The notes under the pieces were generated by a model. It did not search any database. It had not been told where the DNA came from and saw nothing but the letters and a program-made list of their open reading frames with translations. Below are positions 38,468-51,240 of a stretch of DNA of 64,000 bases, one piece after another. The stretch spans positions 13,082,001 to 13,146,000 of the forward strand of contig NC_043006.1 in assembly GCF_006345805.1 (NCBI RefSeq), given 5' to 3'. The number at the start of each line of letters is the position of its first letter. Within the stretch, counting starts at the first letter, position 1. This stretch comes from Octopus sinensis (taxonomy: Eukaryota). A program made the position numbers and the translations under genes.

Positions 38468-38555
38468 TTTCGGCTGACGAGTACGAGCCATCTGTATTCA
38501 CTGCATTTTTTGTAGCTTATTAAAGATGTCCTCGTACGAAACGATCGTACCGAGA
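38468..38555 (+). ncRNA. Type I hammerhead ribozyme motif, canonical core
   Basis: TTTCGG-CTGACGA-GTACGAG-(43-nt loop)-CTCGTAC-GAAA-CGATCG-TA-CCGAGA. Predicted cleavage GUA after 38549. Confidence 0.88.
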
Positions 38556-38711
38556 TTTTAATCCATTCTTGTTGCTTTTTTCCTATTTGTAATCACCCCA
38601 CTTGTCGTATGGTTAACACCATATAGATTTCCGGTGCATCCTAGTTAAGGACCATATTCATGTGAATTCTTTAGAATTCACTAGAATCTCAATTACTTAA
38701 CCGTATATATA

Positions 38712-38747
<36 letters not shown>

Positions 38748-38969
38748 TTTAAATTATATTTTAAAATGATCTACGGACATTTGTGTAAGTAAACTTACAC
38801 ATTTTTATTGCTTTTTCTTTTGTCTTGCTCGATTTCGTTTTGGTTGTTTTGCTAAATTTTTCTTGAGAACATTTCTTAGTGGCAAGACCATAGCGGATCT
38901 ATTTCTAGCATAAGGGTGTCCACATAGCGGTTTCCCTCAAATATATATATATATACATGTGTATATATA

Positions 38970-39032
<63 letters not shown>

Positions 39033-39360
39033 GTATGTGTGTGTGCGTGTTATATGTGTGTATGTGTATATATGCATGACTTGTCTTGATGAAATAGCAT
39101 CCCTAAAAATGTAGGAATGAAATAATAGAACACGTCTAGAATGCATGCGATTATGACTTTTAATTGTCCCTATCCTTTATATCATGTTATTTGAAATGAT
39201 AATAATTCTAATATGATCAACTGATACTGCTAATGTTGTAGATATTGCTGACCTTGTTGTTTGGGCTCTTCTATAGACAGATCATCAGACCTGCGACCAA
39301 AATTATTCCAGCCGTGACCATCTCGTTTGTTTCTTAATTTTTAATATTTTATTTTCTATT

Positions 39361-39782
39361 GGATCTTTTCTGTTTGAACGGCAGTTTTTAACATAATTTC
39401 TAGGTAACTAAAAAATTTTAAACTTCGTATACTGGTAGAATGTGTTTATAAAACATATTTTTCTCTTGGCTTTATTGAGAAAATTCTATAGTTTGTAAGA
39501 TATTTGTTGTTTTTTTCTTCAATTTCTGCAATTTCAACCAATCAATTCCGTCCATTGAGGTAAAAAACATTCTGTACCGTATGAAATTGTCCCTCGTTTA
39601 AGAAACAGATCGGGTTTATTTACATTTGTAAAGAATAAAAGATACCTTTCCCCCCACCCCTAACCCTAACCGTAACCCTAAAACACATTGAAATGCAATA
39701 GATCGATACTAGGGTCATAATTATGGGTGACAATTTCATATGACACCGCTAGGAAAAACTGCCGTTCAAACCGAAAAGATCC
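39361..39782. mobile_element. MITE with 28-bp terminal inverted repeats
   Basis: GGATCTTTTCTGTTTGAACGGCAGTTTT ... AAAACTGCCGTTCAAACCGAAAAGATCC (1 mismatch). No ORF. Confidence 0.8.
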
Positions 39783-40309
39783 TTTCTATTTACCAACAAC
39801 CCATTGCCACGTAACAGAATGCGTACTTCTCTAAGACTTCAGCGAGTGATTCGAAAAATATTTAGCTGGTGTTTCTAGTAGGTTTCTATGCGCCATCGAG
39901 AGCTCGACGAGACTTTGTAATCTACAGCCGAATCATTAACTTAAGTTTGTTTCTTTTGAGTGTTCGTTTTATCTTTGTTTTTCTCAAACACCATTGTGAC
40001 TGTTTCTGACTGATTGGTTAGTTAGCTTTAGCTATTAAGTCATCCATATTTTGGTGTATTTCATGTGTTTTCAACTTCATGATTTCTTGTGCATTCTTAA
40101 TTAAATTACCGTTCAGGATATCTATTATCGTATAAACATTAGGTGCTCTGAGGCAAGAAGGAAACTTAGTGAATAAACTTCTCCCACCTTCATTCACATA
40201 CCCCTCCTTCCATTTCTCTTTCTCTGTCTATATATATATATATACATACATACATGCACACAATACATTTGCATAAGATATATACATACGTATACACATG
40301 TATACATAC

Positions 40310-40414
<105 letters not shown>

Positions 40415-40873
40415 TATATGTTCCTAATTTTTAGGATAGTATTTATTTGTTTCATATAGTAAAATTAAAACTTCGAGTTTAATGTAAGTATGTCATTGAC
40501 AAATTATTTCTAAGTTGATCTTCCCATACAGTTGAAATCACATTATTTATCACACATCACTAATGTAATTTGGAAAGGCATCAGCGTCACAACATCCCCA
40601 CAAAATATTCAGTCTTCTTCTTAACAAGGCAAAAGATAATTATGTATTTTGATCATCCGATTCGTTGAAGGTACTTCATTTTTAATTTTCGTTTGGTTTT
40701 TCTTTCCTGTATTATATAAACAAATAACAGCGTCGCACTGACTCCAACACTCCGTTCTTGCCTTCTACTCCTTACAGGTTACTACCATCGGCGTGTAAAA
40801 GATGTGTTAGGAATGTTATCAGGATGAATGGGTTTCATCCCAACCCTTGAGAATTAAACGGAAGTATATTTTT

Positions 40874-41060
40874 AAAGACTATTGAAAAGGTTGCAAGACG
40901 CAACGAAAATTTTCGGAAAATAAAAATAAGAGAAAATAGGAAATTTTACTGGTGGGTGTGTTATATTATAAGGCACAAAAATAAAATGACTCTCCTCAGA
41001 CACAACTGAATATGCTTCAACACACGAAATCATATAAAGAATCTTGCAAACCAAATCCAA
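40874..41060. repeat. Dispersed repeat, probably a DNA-transposon remnant; second copy at about 60337-60530
   Basis: AAGACTATTGAAAAGGTTGCAAGACGCAACGAAAATTTT..GAATCTTGCAAACCAAATCCAAAA in both places. Confidence 0.7.
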
Positions 41061-41158
41061 AAGCGAAATATTTTTTATGACTATTTCAAATTTGAAAGTC
41101 ATTTTATCGTAACCAAGATTGAAACTATAACAGCCTCTGTCTTCAATGAACTATAGTA

Positions 41159-41540
41159 GGAGCACTCCGTCAGTTACGACGATGAGGGTCCCAGCTGATA
41201 CGATCAACGGAACAGCTTGCTCGTGGAATTAACGTGCAAGTGGCTGAGCACTCCACAGACACGTGTACCCTTAACGTAGTTCTCGAGGAGATTCAGCGTG
41301 ACACAGAGTGTGACAAGGCCGGCCCTTTGAAATACAGGTACAACAGAAACAGGAAGTAAGAGTGAGAGAAAGTTGTGGTGAAAGAGTACAGCAGGGTTCA
41401 CCACCACCCCCTGCAGGAGCCTCGTGAAGCTTTAGGTATTTTCGCTCAATAAACACTCACAACGCCCGGTCTGGGAATCGAAACCGCGATCCTACGACCG
41501 CAAGTACGCTGCCCTAACCACTGGGCCATTGCGCCTCCAC
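41159..41540 (-). mobile_element. SINE family A, full length
   Basis: TSD TTCAATGAACTATA. Confidence 0.92.
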
Positions 41541-43701
41541 ATTCAATGAACTATACTAGAATATGGAACAGCACCATTAACACGTAGCCCTTTATGCCAT
41601 TCCTACAGCAAAAAAAAAACCATTTGTCTTGGTATGAAAATAATTGAATAAAGCAACCTATCAGAGATATTTTAATATTTGTGTTAAATATTTAAATATT
41701 TGTATCAGAGACACAAATACTAAGATATTTTTGAAAAATGTTTTGTGTAAACGAATAAACAACTAGAGATTTGTTTTTTATTTATCATCCAAGGTAGCTC
41801 AATATAGGCTAAAAAGTGAATTGCATAAACTAGAGATAATAAATCCGAAAGAAAAAACACGTATGCTGGATTCGTGATTCATTTTCGACTCGTCCATAGA
41901 ACCAGCATTTTATTATTTTTTTTTTATGGCTGAATATTGATAAAAGAAAATTACTATTTTAATCGCGAAGAAAATTATTTTTAAATTGTTTACTTCCGAT
42001 TCTCTACCCAAATTCAATTTGTTTATTTATAATAATTAAAAAGCCAATTAAAATGATATTTTTAGGTGAAGTAATTGATTACAAACATCAGCAGAATTTT
42101 TTAAAATTAAACGAGAGCGAAATAAATTCTTTTGTCTTTCACTCTGTCAGCTGTTCCAGCTGTTCACATGTAGATATATCTTTTAATAACAGATCCGAGT
42201 TATTAATGCTCTTTATACAAATTTCAACAATAATATCGCCGCACAGCAATAATAGCCTGCAATCAATCATTGTCTGTGAATGAGAGATTACTCAGCCACG
42301 CACTTTTAAACAAATCTAGACAGATGTGATACACTTAAATCAGTATAACACTTACGCCATAAAACTTTAAATGCTATATTTATGTTCGCCAAATTTAGTC
42401 ATAAGCTTTCCCGTAATAGGGTAATTTTATATTTGCAGACGATTATCCTAATCTTTTGTGTATTGTATTTTTTGCTTCAATTAGATTCGATACGTTCAGT
42501 TTTCTAAACGTCAAAATCTGTGTCAGAGTGGTCAACACCATTGAAGCAATAGCTACGAAAGGAGATTCTTGAGTTCGAACCATACCAATGGATGATTTAC
42601 ACTAATTATCAATGGAAGCCTACAGGTACGAAATTCTATTTTCAATTTCTCATCCCGGAAATTCATATATTTACTTCTAACAATACTTATTTACGTAATT
42701 ATTTTTTTAGAATGTGACCTTAAAATCTTTAATTACAAACGGAATGTCTTGGTTTCTCCCCCACCATAATTAAATCCATAACTATACATAACTAAAATTC
42801 ATATATTTCTTAATCTGGGAGAAATTTAGTTTCCTATCATCTATGTTGATATTTATTTTAATTGTCACTGGTATCAACATTATAGACAAAACTTCCAGAG
42901 GACTGCTACAACATTCTCATACGAATACAATCACTCATTCGGTTCAGGGAAATATTAAAAGCATCTGCACACGCAAATGAAAATCACAGGAGCAGAATCA
43001 AGGGCCTAATTAGCCGCAAATGTGCTCATCATAAATACAAAGGAATTGTTGCTCTCCGAGTTCGCTAAGCTTCTATTAAATGTGGTCTCTACCAGAACCA
43101 ACATACATGGGAAAACAATCTGAAGAGTGTGAAGAGAAAAAGAAATAACACGGCATATTCGTGCTTCTATACGCTAAGTCAATGCATATTACAGTGCATA
43201 TTTAGGGGATATCTCGGGAATGGATCTATGGATCATCTCCAATGGTTTCACTGCGTAACGTTCATCTGAATTACGAGTGTCCTAGGGCTGAATAGAAACA
43301 GTAATGATCGTAACTTGTTTTAAAGATACCGAAATTATGGAAAGCAAATACTAACCTGACGTGATTTAATCTCAGTAATTCAATGTAATGAAGCATTCGT
43401 TTGAGATGATGTTGACAATATTTAATGCTGATCATCAAAAATTCCAATTATAAATACTTATGCGCTAAAGGAAAGCATTATTTCAATTATCTGTTATTTT
43501 TAATCATTTTAGTAATTAGTGGAAACAATTCCAAATATATTTCGATTTTATTAGAACACCTCAACCTTAACTTCACCATGCACAATATTGTACATCTGTT
43601 TAGTGTGTCTTTCGTTATTTTGACAACTACGGTGAGCTTTAAACATCAATGAGATCGCGACATGTCTACATTTGCCTCCTGTACTTGCTTAAAGTATTAA
43701 A

Positions 43702-44087
43702 GTGGAGGCGCAATGGCCCAGTGGTTAGGGCAGCGGACTCGCGGTCATAGGATCGCGGTTTCGATTCCCAGACCGGGCGTTGTGAGTCTTTATTGAGCGA
43801 AAACACCTAAAAGCTCCACGAGGCTCCGGCAGGGGATGGTGGTGATCCCTGCTGTACTCTGTCACCACAACTTTCTCTCACTCTTACTTCCTGTTTCTGT
43901 TGTACCTGTATTTCAAAGGGCCGGCCTTGTCACTCTCTGTGTAACGCTGAATATCCCCGAGAACTACGTTAAGGGTGCACGTGTCTGTGGAGTGCTCAGC
44001 CACTTACACGTTAATTTCACGAGCAGGCTGTTCCGTTGATTCGGATCAACCGGAACCCTCATCGTCGTAACCGACGGAGTGCTTCCA
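43702..44087 (+). mobile_element. SINE family A, full length
   Basis: TSD AAAGTATTAAA. Confidence 0.92.
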
Positions 44088-45611
44088 TATCCAAAGTATT
44101 AAAATATTAGTTACTGAGATACCTTTTCTTCTCCTCATGATATCAGCACTTCTAATTCGATTTTGATCTCCCATTGCATTAAATATATTAAAACTAACCG
44201 AATTACCGTTCCCCATGCGGATGTCATCTCCGAGTAATTAACTTCGGTCATTTATTTTATAAAAATATTTGGTTTCTCTAAATCTTCTATTTGTCTTCCC
44301 TTTTAGAAGTATTATTCAAGTAAAAAGTATAGCTAGGTGTCGGCACAGTATATTACTGGTACTCCTCGCTGTCAAATGGATATAAATCAAAACTGTTTCC
44401 GGTAGGGGACAGTCTGTAGAAGGAAGAGATTCAATATTATAAGGCTTACAGTCAGAAACAGTAAACTAGGTAAGCACCTAGCGTAGTGGAGGCTAAAATT
44501 TAACGTTGCCACACAAACTCTGAATAGCTAAGACGAAAATTTTAGAATAAATTAAGTTCACGTCCGGAGCAGGAGAGTGGGAGGAGAAAGAATGGTGGGC
44601 AGTAACGGAAACGAGACAATCGTTTGGGGTTATAAACTATCACATAATTTGGTGAGAGCGAGTATCGACTTTGGAGTGGAAAATGCAAGCTCGCTAATTT
44701 TCTAAGTGTGATTAGAACAAGGAATGTTAAAATTTCGGCTCCTCAATCTGTCATATTCTAAGTTGAAATAGCTTTATTTCTTTATATGTTTGTTGAACTG
44801 AAAGTAAAGTAAGAACGAAGTTCATAATTAAGATGTTTTTATTGTCTGCTTTCCTTTTTCCGTCAGATTTTATCTTGGACGCGCATTGTGAAGCTGGCTT
44901 ATATCGCGGAAAAGGCGAAGCTGGCGCACGTTATTGGGATAGCTTAAAGAACTGTAAAGGTGAAGAGGATGGACATTGTACTACTTGTCTAGAGATCTGA
45001 AAAGCGAAGAAGGTGCGTATTACTGTGCTGGTGTAGAGTACTGAAAAGATAAAGAAGCGCTTGTAGGGTTTGTCTACAGATCTGTAGAGGTGAAAATGAC
45101 GCATATTGCGGGGCCAGGCTGTAGCGTTCAAAAGTAAAGAGGTGTGCACATGTAGTGTTGGTCTAGAACTCAATAAAGACGCTTTAAATTAGCTCTACAG
45201 AGACGAAGACAGCTTACATTCCACAGCCGATCTAGCGTGCTGAAAAGGCGAAGAGGGTGGTCACTCTAGTACGAAAGCTAAGCGCTGAAAAGCGAAATGG
45301 GTACTTACTGGAGGCGAGGGCTAGAACACTGAATACATTGGCGCTGGAGTTGTATTTAGCTCGGCATCGTAATATTTCAGTCACCAAAGTCCCTTCTGTT
45401 CTAAATATTAATATCTTTTGACAATCCAGGTATAAGGGGTGTTTTAATGACATAGCATTACCAGCATTTAAGTATTTTCATTTAGCATTTCCTTCTCTGC
45501 TATGACTTTTCTCCCCCTTGAAATGGGAAATTTGAACACTTTAGATTATAATCTTCAAATTCGTGCTAACACAATACAATATTGCGCATCTAAAAGTATC
45601 GTCAATTCTTA

Positions 45612-46033
45612 TTTCTTTTATTTCTTTACAGCCCACAAGGGGCTAAACACAGAGGGGACAAACAAGGACAGACAAACGGATTAAGTCGATTATATCGGCC
45701 TCAGTGCGTAGCTGGTACTTATTTAATCGACTCCGAAAGGATGAAGCGCAAAGTCGGCCTCGGCGGAATTTGAACTCAGAACGTAGCGGCAGACGAAATA
45801 CTTATTTCTTTACTACCCACAAGGAGCTAAACATAGAGGGGACAAACAAGAGAAGATAAACGGATTAAGTCGATTACATCGACCCCAGTGAGTAACTGGT
45901 ACTTAATTTATCGACCCCGAAAGGATGAAAGGCAAAGTCTTCCTCGGCGGAATTTGAACTAAGAATGTAGCGGCAGGCGAAATAGCGCTAAGCATTTCGC
46001 CCGGCGTGCTAACGTTTCTGCCAGCTCGCCGCC
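45612..46033 (-). mobile_element. SINE family C tandem dimer
   Basis: Full unit 45803-46033 plus 5'-truncated unit 45612-45800. Confidence 0.85.
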
Positions 46034-46675
46034 AATTCTGTTTAAAGTATCGTTAATTCTGTTTAATGAAACTTGTCGAATTAGCAGCTTCAAAATATGT
46101 TTCTAAACAGAAGAGTATATAATGCTGGGAGATAATCAATCATGCTATATAGTTCCACTATACAGCCATTTTACAGTCGTCAAACTTTAAACGATACAGA
46201 CGTGTGTATAAAAGAGTTTTCATTGCTTTTCTTTGAGCAGAACAAGTGATTTTTATCTACACGAACAATAAACATCATGATGGGATGCCTCAGACTTTTC
46301 ACAACCTTAATTGCATCTCAAATTTCTTTATGACACAACGGCTAGGAAATGATTTTTAACTAAACTATATAGATATAATGATGGATAGACTGGCGTATTT
46401 TGTTAATTTAATAACGTTCTTGCTTCATATTAGGAGTTAAAATTCTTTCACTACGTTGGATAAAATTGCCATACTTATTTTGATAAAAGGTCATCCAAAA
46501 TGTTCATAGTTTTCGAGAATATTCTGATATTCTCGTCTGTTTCTATTACATAGCATCAGTCATGAAATGACGTTAAATCACTGTTGATTTATTGATTGAG
46601 TCATTGGTTGAACTAGCTGTTAAGATAAGAATGCATTATATATGCAAATTGGTCAATCCTATTTACATACATTAC

Positions 46676-46788
46676 CGTTAATAATAGTGCGGTTATAAAT
46701 GGTATCTCCAGGAGCATTTCAAAGACTCGTCGCAAATGAAATTCATACACAGATGTGATGTCCAGCTCATCCCATTTTTTTATTTTCT
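46676..46788 (-). CDS. Candidate exon (KIKKWDELDITSVYEFHLRRVFEMLLEIPFITALLLT)
   Basis: Acceptor ATTTTCTCGTAG, donor GTAATG, 113 nt, one open frame. No recognisable homology. Confidence 0.3.
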
Positions 46789-46868
46789 CTACGAGAAAAT
46801 ATCGTATACAAAAAGGTGTTTAGACTTGTCAATTACAACAAGTGTTGGTTAAAAAGTATTGATATTTT

Positions 46869-46949
46869 GGGCGGTTTAGCTGAGTGGTTCAGAGCACCGC
46901 GACGCGTAATGGTGGAGGTGGAAGTTCGAGTCTCATAGCCGGCCCCCCA
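46869..46949 (+). pseudogene. tRNA-like sequence (decayed tRNA copy or SINE head), ending CCA
   Basis: A-box-like TAGCTGAGTGGT, B-box-like AGTTCGAGTC, ends pair (GGGCGGTT / AGCCGGCCC). Anticodon arm does not fold cleanly. Confidence 0.45.
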
Positions 46950-46957
46950 ACACTTTT

Positions 46958-47368
46958 TAGGTGCAGGAGTGGCTGTGTGGTAAGTAGCTTGTCTACCAAC
47001 CACATGGTTCCGGGTTCAGTTCCACTGCGTGGTACCTTGGGCAAGTGTCTTCTACTATAGCCTCGGGCCGACCAAAGCCTTGTGAGTGGATTTGGTAGAC
47101 GGAAACGGAAAGAAGCCTGTCGTATATATGTATATATGTATATATATATGTATTTGTGTGTCTGTGTTTGTCCCCTAGCATTGCTTGACAACCGATGCTG
47201 GTGTGTTTATGACCCCGTTATTAGCGGTTCGGCAAGAGAGACCGATATAATAAATACTGGGCTTACAAAAGAATAAGTCCCGGGGTCGAGTTGCTCGATT
47301 AAAGGCGGTGCTCCAGCATGGCCGCAGTCAAATGACTGAAACAAGTAAAAGAGTAAAAGAGTAAAGAG
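46958..47368 (+). mobile_element. SINE family B
   Basis: Full-length match to the family. Confidence 0.9.
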
Positions 47369-47707
47369 TATAATATTCAGGGACAGTTCAATATAATAGT
47401 TATTATTTTGCAATATACAGTAAATATTGCGAATCAGCACCGATCTAAATATCATTATGGCTTCGCAGTACTTAGAAATGTGCACCTACGTATGTAATTC
47501 ATTTCTGTCGAGGTCAGCACTCGGTTTTACTTCTCTGGATTTGACAATGTATACAGTATTTGTGTAAGTTAACCAATTCAATCGAATCTACCGAATCTAC
47601 CTTTAAGAAAGCTGTAGTTTTGTACCAAAGTATGAATTGCATGCTTCAAAATCTCCGAGGCTGGTAGGGAAGGGCCAAGATACAAAAGTTATGATATAAA
47701 TGTTTTC

Positions 47708-48117
47708 CTATTTCTTTACTACCCTCAAGGGCCTAAACACAGAGAGGACAAACAAGGACAGACAAAGGGATTAAGTCGATTACGTCGACCCCAGTGCGTA
47801 ACTGGTACTTAATTTATCGACCCCGAAAGGATGAAGGCAAAGTCGACGGAATTTGAACTCAGAACGTAGCGGCAGACGAAATACCTATTTCTTTACTACC
47901 AATAAGGGGCTAAACACAGAGAGGACAAACAAGGACAGACAAAGGGATTAAGTTGATTACATCGACCCCAGTGCGTAATTGGTACTTAATTTATCGACCC
48001 CGAAAGGATGAAAGGCAAAGTCGACCTCGGCGGAATTTGAACTCAGAACGTAACGGACGACGAAATACGACTACGCATTTCGCCCGGCGTGCTAACGTCT
48101 CTGCCAGCTTACCGCCT
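47708..48117 (-). mobile_element. SINE family C tandem dimer
   Basis: Full unit 47885-48117 plus 5'-truncated unit 47708-47883. Confidence 0.85.
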
Positions 48118-48622
48118 ATGATATAAATGTTTTCCTTCCCGAAGTGTCATAAGCGAAACTAAATATATTTTGTGGAACTAATGATTATGCATTTAGTTTT
48201 TTTTTTTCTTTTATTCTTCTTATTTAGTATTGCTAGTTTTCATATTTGTCGCGGATAAATTTACTTTTCATTGGTCAAACTTCTGATAAAATAAATGCCG
48301 CTATTAAATCAATGTCGAGTTCTACAATGAATGCATAGCAATCAATCTTCATGTGACATAAATTCTTTGTAGAAATGTTTAAGGACATTTTTGGCAAACA
48401 GGTTTAGCAATAACTTTGTGATAAGCACACATCCTACTTCAACTAAAGCAACGTGTGAAACAGAGAGACATAAAACGCGGCGAGCTGGCAAAATTGTTAC
48501 AGTGAGGGAAAAAAAATTTAGGATATTTGTTCCAGCTCTTTATGTTCTCCATTCAAATCCTGCTCATGTTGACTTTGCATTTCTTCCTGGAGGGATGAAA
48601 GTACTAGTTATGTACTGGTACA

Positions 48623-48797
48623 TAGGCGTAGGAGTGGCTGTGTGGTAAGTAGCTTGCTTACCAACCACATGGTTCCAGGTTCAGTCTCACTGCGTGGCAC
48701 CTTGGGCAAGTGTCTTCTACTATAGTCTCGGGGCGACCAAATCCTTGTGAGTGGACTTGGTAGACGGAAACTGAAAGAAGCCCGTCGTATATATGTA

Positions 48798-48838
<41 letters not shown>

Positions 48839-49118
48839 GTATGTGTGTATATATGTATGTATGTACGTATGTATGTATGTAGGTATGTATGTATGTTTGT
48901 GTGTATATGTTTGTGTGTCTGTGTTTGTCCCCCCAACATCGCTTGACAACCGATGCTGGTGTGTTTATGTCCCCGTAACTTAGCGGTTCAGCAAAAGAGA
49001 CCGATACAATAAGTACTAGGCTTACAAAGAATAAGTCCTGGGGTCGATTTGCTTGACTAAAGGCGGTGCTCCAGCATGGCCACAGTCAAATGACTGAAAC
49101 AAGTAAAAGAGTAAAGAG
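48623..49118 (+). mobile_element. SINE family B
   Basis: Full-length match, expanded internal microsatellite. Confidence 0.9.
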
Positions 49119-49629
49119 AGGGAGAGTGTTGTTAAGTACAGAGATAGATTGTATGGGCTCCTCCCGCTTCTAACAAAAACTGGTAGCTTAACGCCTAAAT
49201 CTAATAGAATTTAGCATAGAATCACAAAAATGTATGTACGCACTCCAAGCAAAATTACAGTATTTGGCAAGCTTGAGAGATACGTACAAAATACTAATTC
49301 TTGTTCAAAGTATATTTATCGAAGTTCCACGAATTGTGGATTAATAGAATTTAATGGCATGACTTTTTTTTACTTGTTTCAGTAAACACAACTTTGGAGG
49401 GTTTAGGCTATCAAATCTAACCCAGTACATTTTTTGAAGTCTGTTACTTATTTTATAGGGTTTTTTTGTTGTTGCTAAACCACTAAGCTACGGTGGGTGT
49501 GAACAAACACAAACGCATACACACTCGTATTTAGATACATATGTAGGGAGAAGAGAGAGAGAGAGAGAGAGAGAAATACATCCATAGATCTATACATGCA
49601 TGCATACATATGTTCATACATACATGCCT

Positions 49630-49735
49630 AACAAAAATACCCTGTTGTTGATGTTGAAATTCCAATAAAAGTGCCTTGGATCTGCTCTATCTCCATTGAC
49701 AAGAAATCTTGAAATAAACTGAAGAACGACATACA
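49630..49735. repeat. ~110-bp dispersed repeat inside (ACAT)n; second copy at about 59885-59995
   Basis: AAAATACCCTGT.GTTGATGTTGAAATTCCAAT..AAGAAATCTTGAAATAAA(A)CTGAA in both. Confidence 0.7.
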
Positions 49736-50779
49736 TACACATAAACAGACATATACATGCATACACATATATATGGATACCTACATACATATTCACATAC
49801 ATATATATACACATACATACACACATACATACACACATACATACATATATATATACATACATACATACATACAAACACACATACATACATTTACAAATAC
49901 ATACATACATACATACATACATACATACATACATACAAACACACATACATACATTTGCAAATACATACATTCATACATATGTACGTACATACAAGTATGC
50001 ACATACGGTCTTCCACATTATCCCCGTCTACCAAATTCATTCACAAACCATTGGTCTGCCTAGAGCTATAGTAGGACATACTTACACAAGGGACCGCGCA
50101 GAAGGACTAATCCCAAAACCACGTGATTCGATGTGAGCTTCTCAAACACACATTAGTTCTTGTTCCCATGTATGTACAAGTATCTATTTGCATTTCTGGT
50201 ACTTATTCTGTCGACCCCGCAGGAACGATAAATTCTACTTGTACTTAGAACGATTTGATCGAAAGAAAATTCTACTTAGAATTTCGTCAAGCATACAACT
50301 GTTTCTACAACCTAAATAATTTCTGTTTTTGTATAAAATGAAAAGAATCACCGGGAAAATCCTTATTTAGATTACACAAATTATAAAAACATTAAAACAA
50401 TTGTACGTTACAAATATGGCTGCCATACTTATAAAATATAGGGATTTTCTAAATCAGTTGATCAGTAATGTTTGCGATAGAAAAAAAAACGCTACGAAAT
50501 AATATATATGTGCTTATTAGCACGTGACCACAATTTTATCAAAGTAGTACTTCATCATGGAAATCTAATGCTTAACTAACTGCTTTCTTTTATCTGGAGC
50601 CGTCGTTCTTACAATTGGTTCGAGAAATTCTTCAGTAATCTCCAGCTTAGATTTGCAAAATCTATAAGTACGGAATATTATATTAAAAACGTATCGGCTT
50701 CTGATTACTGTAAATAACAGTAATTTTATTTCATATATATGCAGCAACAACGCACACACACATATATACAAATATGCAC

Positions 50780-50800
50780 ACACATATATTTATCTATCTA

Positions 50801-50888
<88 letters not shown>

Positions 50889-50945
50889 AGTGTGTGTGTG
50901 TGTGTGTATGTATGTATATATGTATGCATATATACGTATACATGC

Positions 50946-50976
<31 letters not shown>

Positions 50977-51119
50977 CATACATACGTACATTTATACAAA
51001 GATATATATATATATATATATATATATGTCTGTGTGATTATATACGTATATAGAATCGCTCATACCAATCTGTATAATCACATATATATTCACATATGTA
51101 TATATATATATATACAGAC

Positions 51120-51206
<87 letters not shown>

Positions 51207-51240
51207 ATATATATTTACATAGATATTTATATATGTGTGT
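50780..51240. repeat. Compound (TA)n/(TG)n/(ACAT)n microsatellite
   Basis: Direct reading. Similar tracts at about 7660-7865, 8630-8880, 18470-18640, 22545-22805, 24750-25230, 36660-36820, 49740-49990, 57160-57510. Confidence 0.97.

Noticed and set aside
39658-39682. (CCCTAA)n as an interstitial telomere or fusion site
   Set aside because: Only about four imperfect units, and they lie inside a MITE.
44997-45032. Peptide LKSEEGAYYCA resembling the Ig V-domain xLxxEDxAxYYC motif
   Set aside because: It is one unit of the degenerate 45-nt array, bounded by stops, with no upstream Cys/Trp of an Ig fold.
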